Shown here piece by piece: positions 24,364-25,755 of a DNA stretch of 25,755 nucleotides. A program made the position numbers and the translations under genes. The number at the start of each line of letters is the position of its first letter. Within the stretch, counting starts at the first letter, position 1. The stretch spans positions 1 through 25,755 of the forward strand of contig JASFIA010000001.1 in NCBI GenBank assembly GCA_050122915.1. The letters run 5' to 3'. The notes beneath the pieces were generated by a model. That model was not told where the DNA came from and searched no databases. It was given only the letters and a program-made list of their open reading frames with translations. This stretch comes from Desulfobacterales bacterium (GTDB lineage: Bacteria; Desulfobacterota; Desulfobacteria; Desulfobacterales; UBA5852).

Positions 24364-25614
24364 GTGCGTCATTACCGATGGTGCGGGGTTGTTTTGGTTG
24401 TCTGGTGCGTTGCATCCAGCGCCGGGGCTGCGGGATTCTCAGTGTTTACCCAGGGAGCGAAGGCCTTGGGCCAGGCCAACGCGGTCATTGCCCATTCCGA
24501 TTCACCGTCCACCCTTTTTTACAACCCTGCCATCATGAACGATCTTCCGGGCACCCAGTTCGAAATCGGTACGACCCTGATCTACGACGATCGCGATTTC
24601 AATAGCGATCGGTCCGGAAGAAATACCGCCGGTAAAAGCAATGCCAATTTCCCCAGCACCCTCTATGCCACCCATGCCGTCAACGACTGGCTAAGTGCGG
24701 GCATCGGCGTATTCAATCCCTTCGGCCTCAGCACCGAATGGCCCGACGACTGGGAGGGGCGTTTCATCGCCACCAAAAGCGAGCTGACCACCTATGTCAT
24801 CAACCCGGCGGTATCGGTCCGGGTTGCTCCCTGGCTCTCTCTCGCTGCCGGCGTCGATTTCATGATCCTGGACGGCACGCTGAAACGAAGGCTCAACCTG
24901 AACCAGGTATTTCCATTCGGGGAGGGTAAGCAGGAGTTCTCTGGGGACGATACCGCCTGGGGGTTCAATCTGGGGCTGTTTGCCAAGCTGACGGACCGAT
25001 TGCACCTGGGGATGTCCTACCGGAGCAAATACGATGCGACCCTGGATGGGGACGTGAAAAACAAGCTGCCCGCATCCGCCGATCCGATCGCCGGACTGTT
25101 TCCAAAAACCAACGGCAGCGTGGATCTCGACCTCCCCGATCAGTTCCTGGCGGGGCTGGCCTACCACTTTTCAGACCGGTTCGTGATGGAGGCTGGAATC
25201 CGCTATGAGGGGTGGTCCCGGTACGAGCAATTAAAACTGGAACTGGACGATCCCATCGCCGGCCAGGACAGCCAGATATCACGAAAGGACTACAGGGATA
25301 CCTACGGCGTCATGGTTGGCGGAAAGTACCAGGTCAGCGATTCCTGGGCGTTGATGGCCGGCTATCTATACGAGAAGGGCGCCATCCCGGGCAAGACCTT
25401 TGAGCCCTCCAATCCGGACTCGGATTCCCATGTGTTCAGTCTCGGGACCTCCTACCGATTCAAGAGGTTTGAAGCCTCCTTTGCCTACGCCTTCCAAAAA
25501 GAGGTCGAAAAGGAAAAGGATAACGACATCGGCGCCGATACGGGGTTCCCGGCCAACGGCGACTACGATAGCAACCTTCATCTGGTGGCCATGAGCCTGG
25601 GATACAAATTCTAG
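24364..25614 (+). CDS. FadL/OmpP1/TodX-family outer membrane transporter for hydrophobic compounds
   Basis: Signal peptide then AGF..TQGAKALGQANA, LFYNPA, NPFGLSTEW, YVINPAVS, DLPD, C-terminal SLGYKF; GGAGG RBS before GTG 24364. Confidence 0.92.
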   Translation: MRHYRWCGVVLVVWCVASSAGAAGFSVFTQGAKALGQANAVIAHSDSPSTLFYNPAIMNDLPGTQFEIGTTLIYDDRDFNSDRSGRNTAGKSNANFPSTLYATHAVNDWLSAGIGVFNPFGLSTEWPDDWEGRFIATKSELTTYVINPAVSVRVAPWLSLAAGVDFMILDGTLKRRLNLNQVFPFGEGKQEFSGDDTAWGFNLGLFAKLTDRLHLGMSYRSKYDATLDGDVKNKLPASADPIAGLFPKTNGSVDLDLPDQFLAGLAYHFSDRFVMEAGIRYEGWSRYEQLKLELDDPIAGQDSQISRKDYRDTYGVMVGGKYQVSDSWALMAGYLYEKGAIPGKTFEPSNPDSDSHVFSLGTSYRFKRFEASFAYAFQKEVEKEKDNDIGADTGFPANGDYDSNLHLVAMSLGYKF

Positions 25615-25755
25615 CCCCGGTCCCTCGTCGGAGACGCCGGGGTCGATTCTTCTTCGACGGCGCCTCTCCGGCGGGCCGGTTGCCGTCTTGACTGGCGCTC
25701 CCGGTTGTGGCTTTATGGCATTATCTCGGTTTCGAACGATTCCCGGCAGGTCCTC

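Noticed and set aside
25627-25672. Imperfect hairpin after fadL as an intrinsic terminator
   Set aside because: Pairing exists (ggaga/tctcc, cgccg/cggcg, gtcga/tcgac) but is bulged and lacks a U-tract.
1-25755. Mobile elements, CRISPR arrays, tRNA/rRNA, defence systems
   Set aside because: No transposase, integrase or cas ORFs, no spaced repeat array, no tRNA or rRNA signatures seen.

Overview
GC-rich (roughly 60% by eye) chromosomal window; gene content suggests an anaerobic Desulfobacterota/deltaproteobacterium (inference). No mobile element, CRISPR array or RNA gene is recognisable. The core is an 11.3 kb co-directional catabolic cluster (2788-14114): DeoR regulator, panB, LarA-family racemase/epimerase, TRAP dctPQM, a second divergent LarA, DUF1537/DtnK-type four-carbon acid-sugar kinase, pdxA2 and an IlvD/Edd dehydratase. 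It is preceded by five helically phased TGA-core repeats that look like a DeoR operator. Kinase plus PdxA2 is the known D-threonate/D-erythronate route to DHAP + CO2; the added epimerases, dehydratase and PanB are not part of any pathway I know. My main hypothesis (inference) is a two-branch system using all four tetronate stereoisomers, including a new route: L-threonate -> 4-hydroxy-2-oxobutanoate -> pyruvate + 5,10-methylene-THF via PanB running in reverse. Flanking genes: 3' end of a MipA/OmpV protein, catalytically degenerate RraA, PilZ, PlsC, exported amidohydrolase, HtrA-like protease, MDR oxidoreductase, HD-GYP, YceI, a thioredoxin-like/YceI multidomain protein, a DUF5005/DUF4185-like propeller protein, a small membrane protein and FadL. 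Two GGA-rich intergenic stretches are weak CsrB-like sRNA candidates. All family calls are from motif recognition; no database searches were run.
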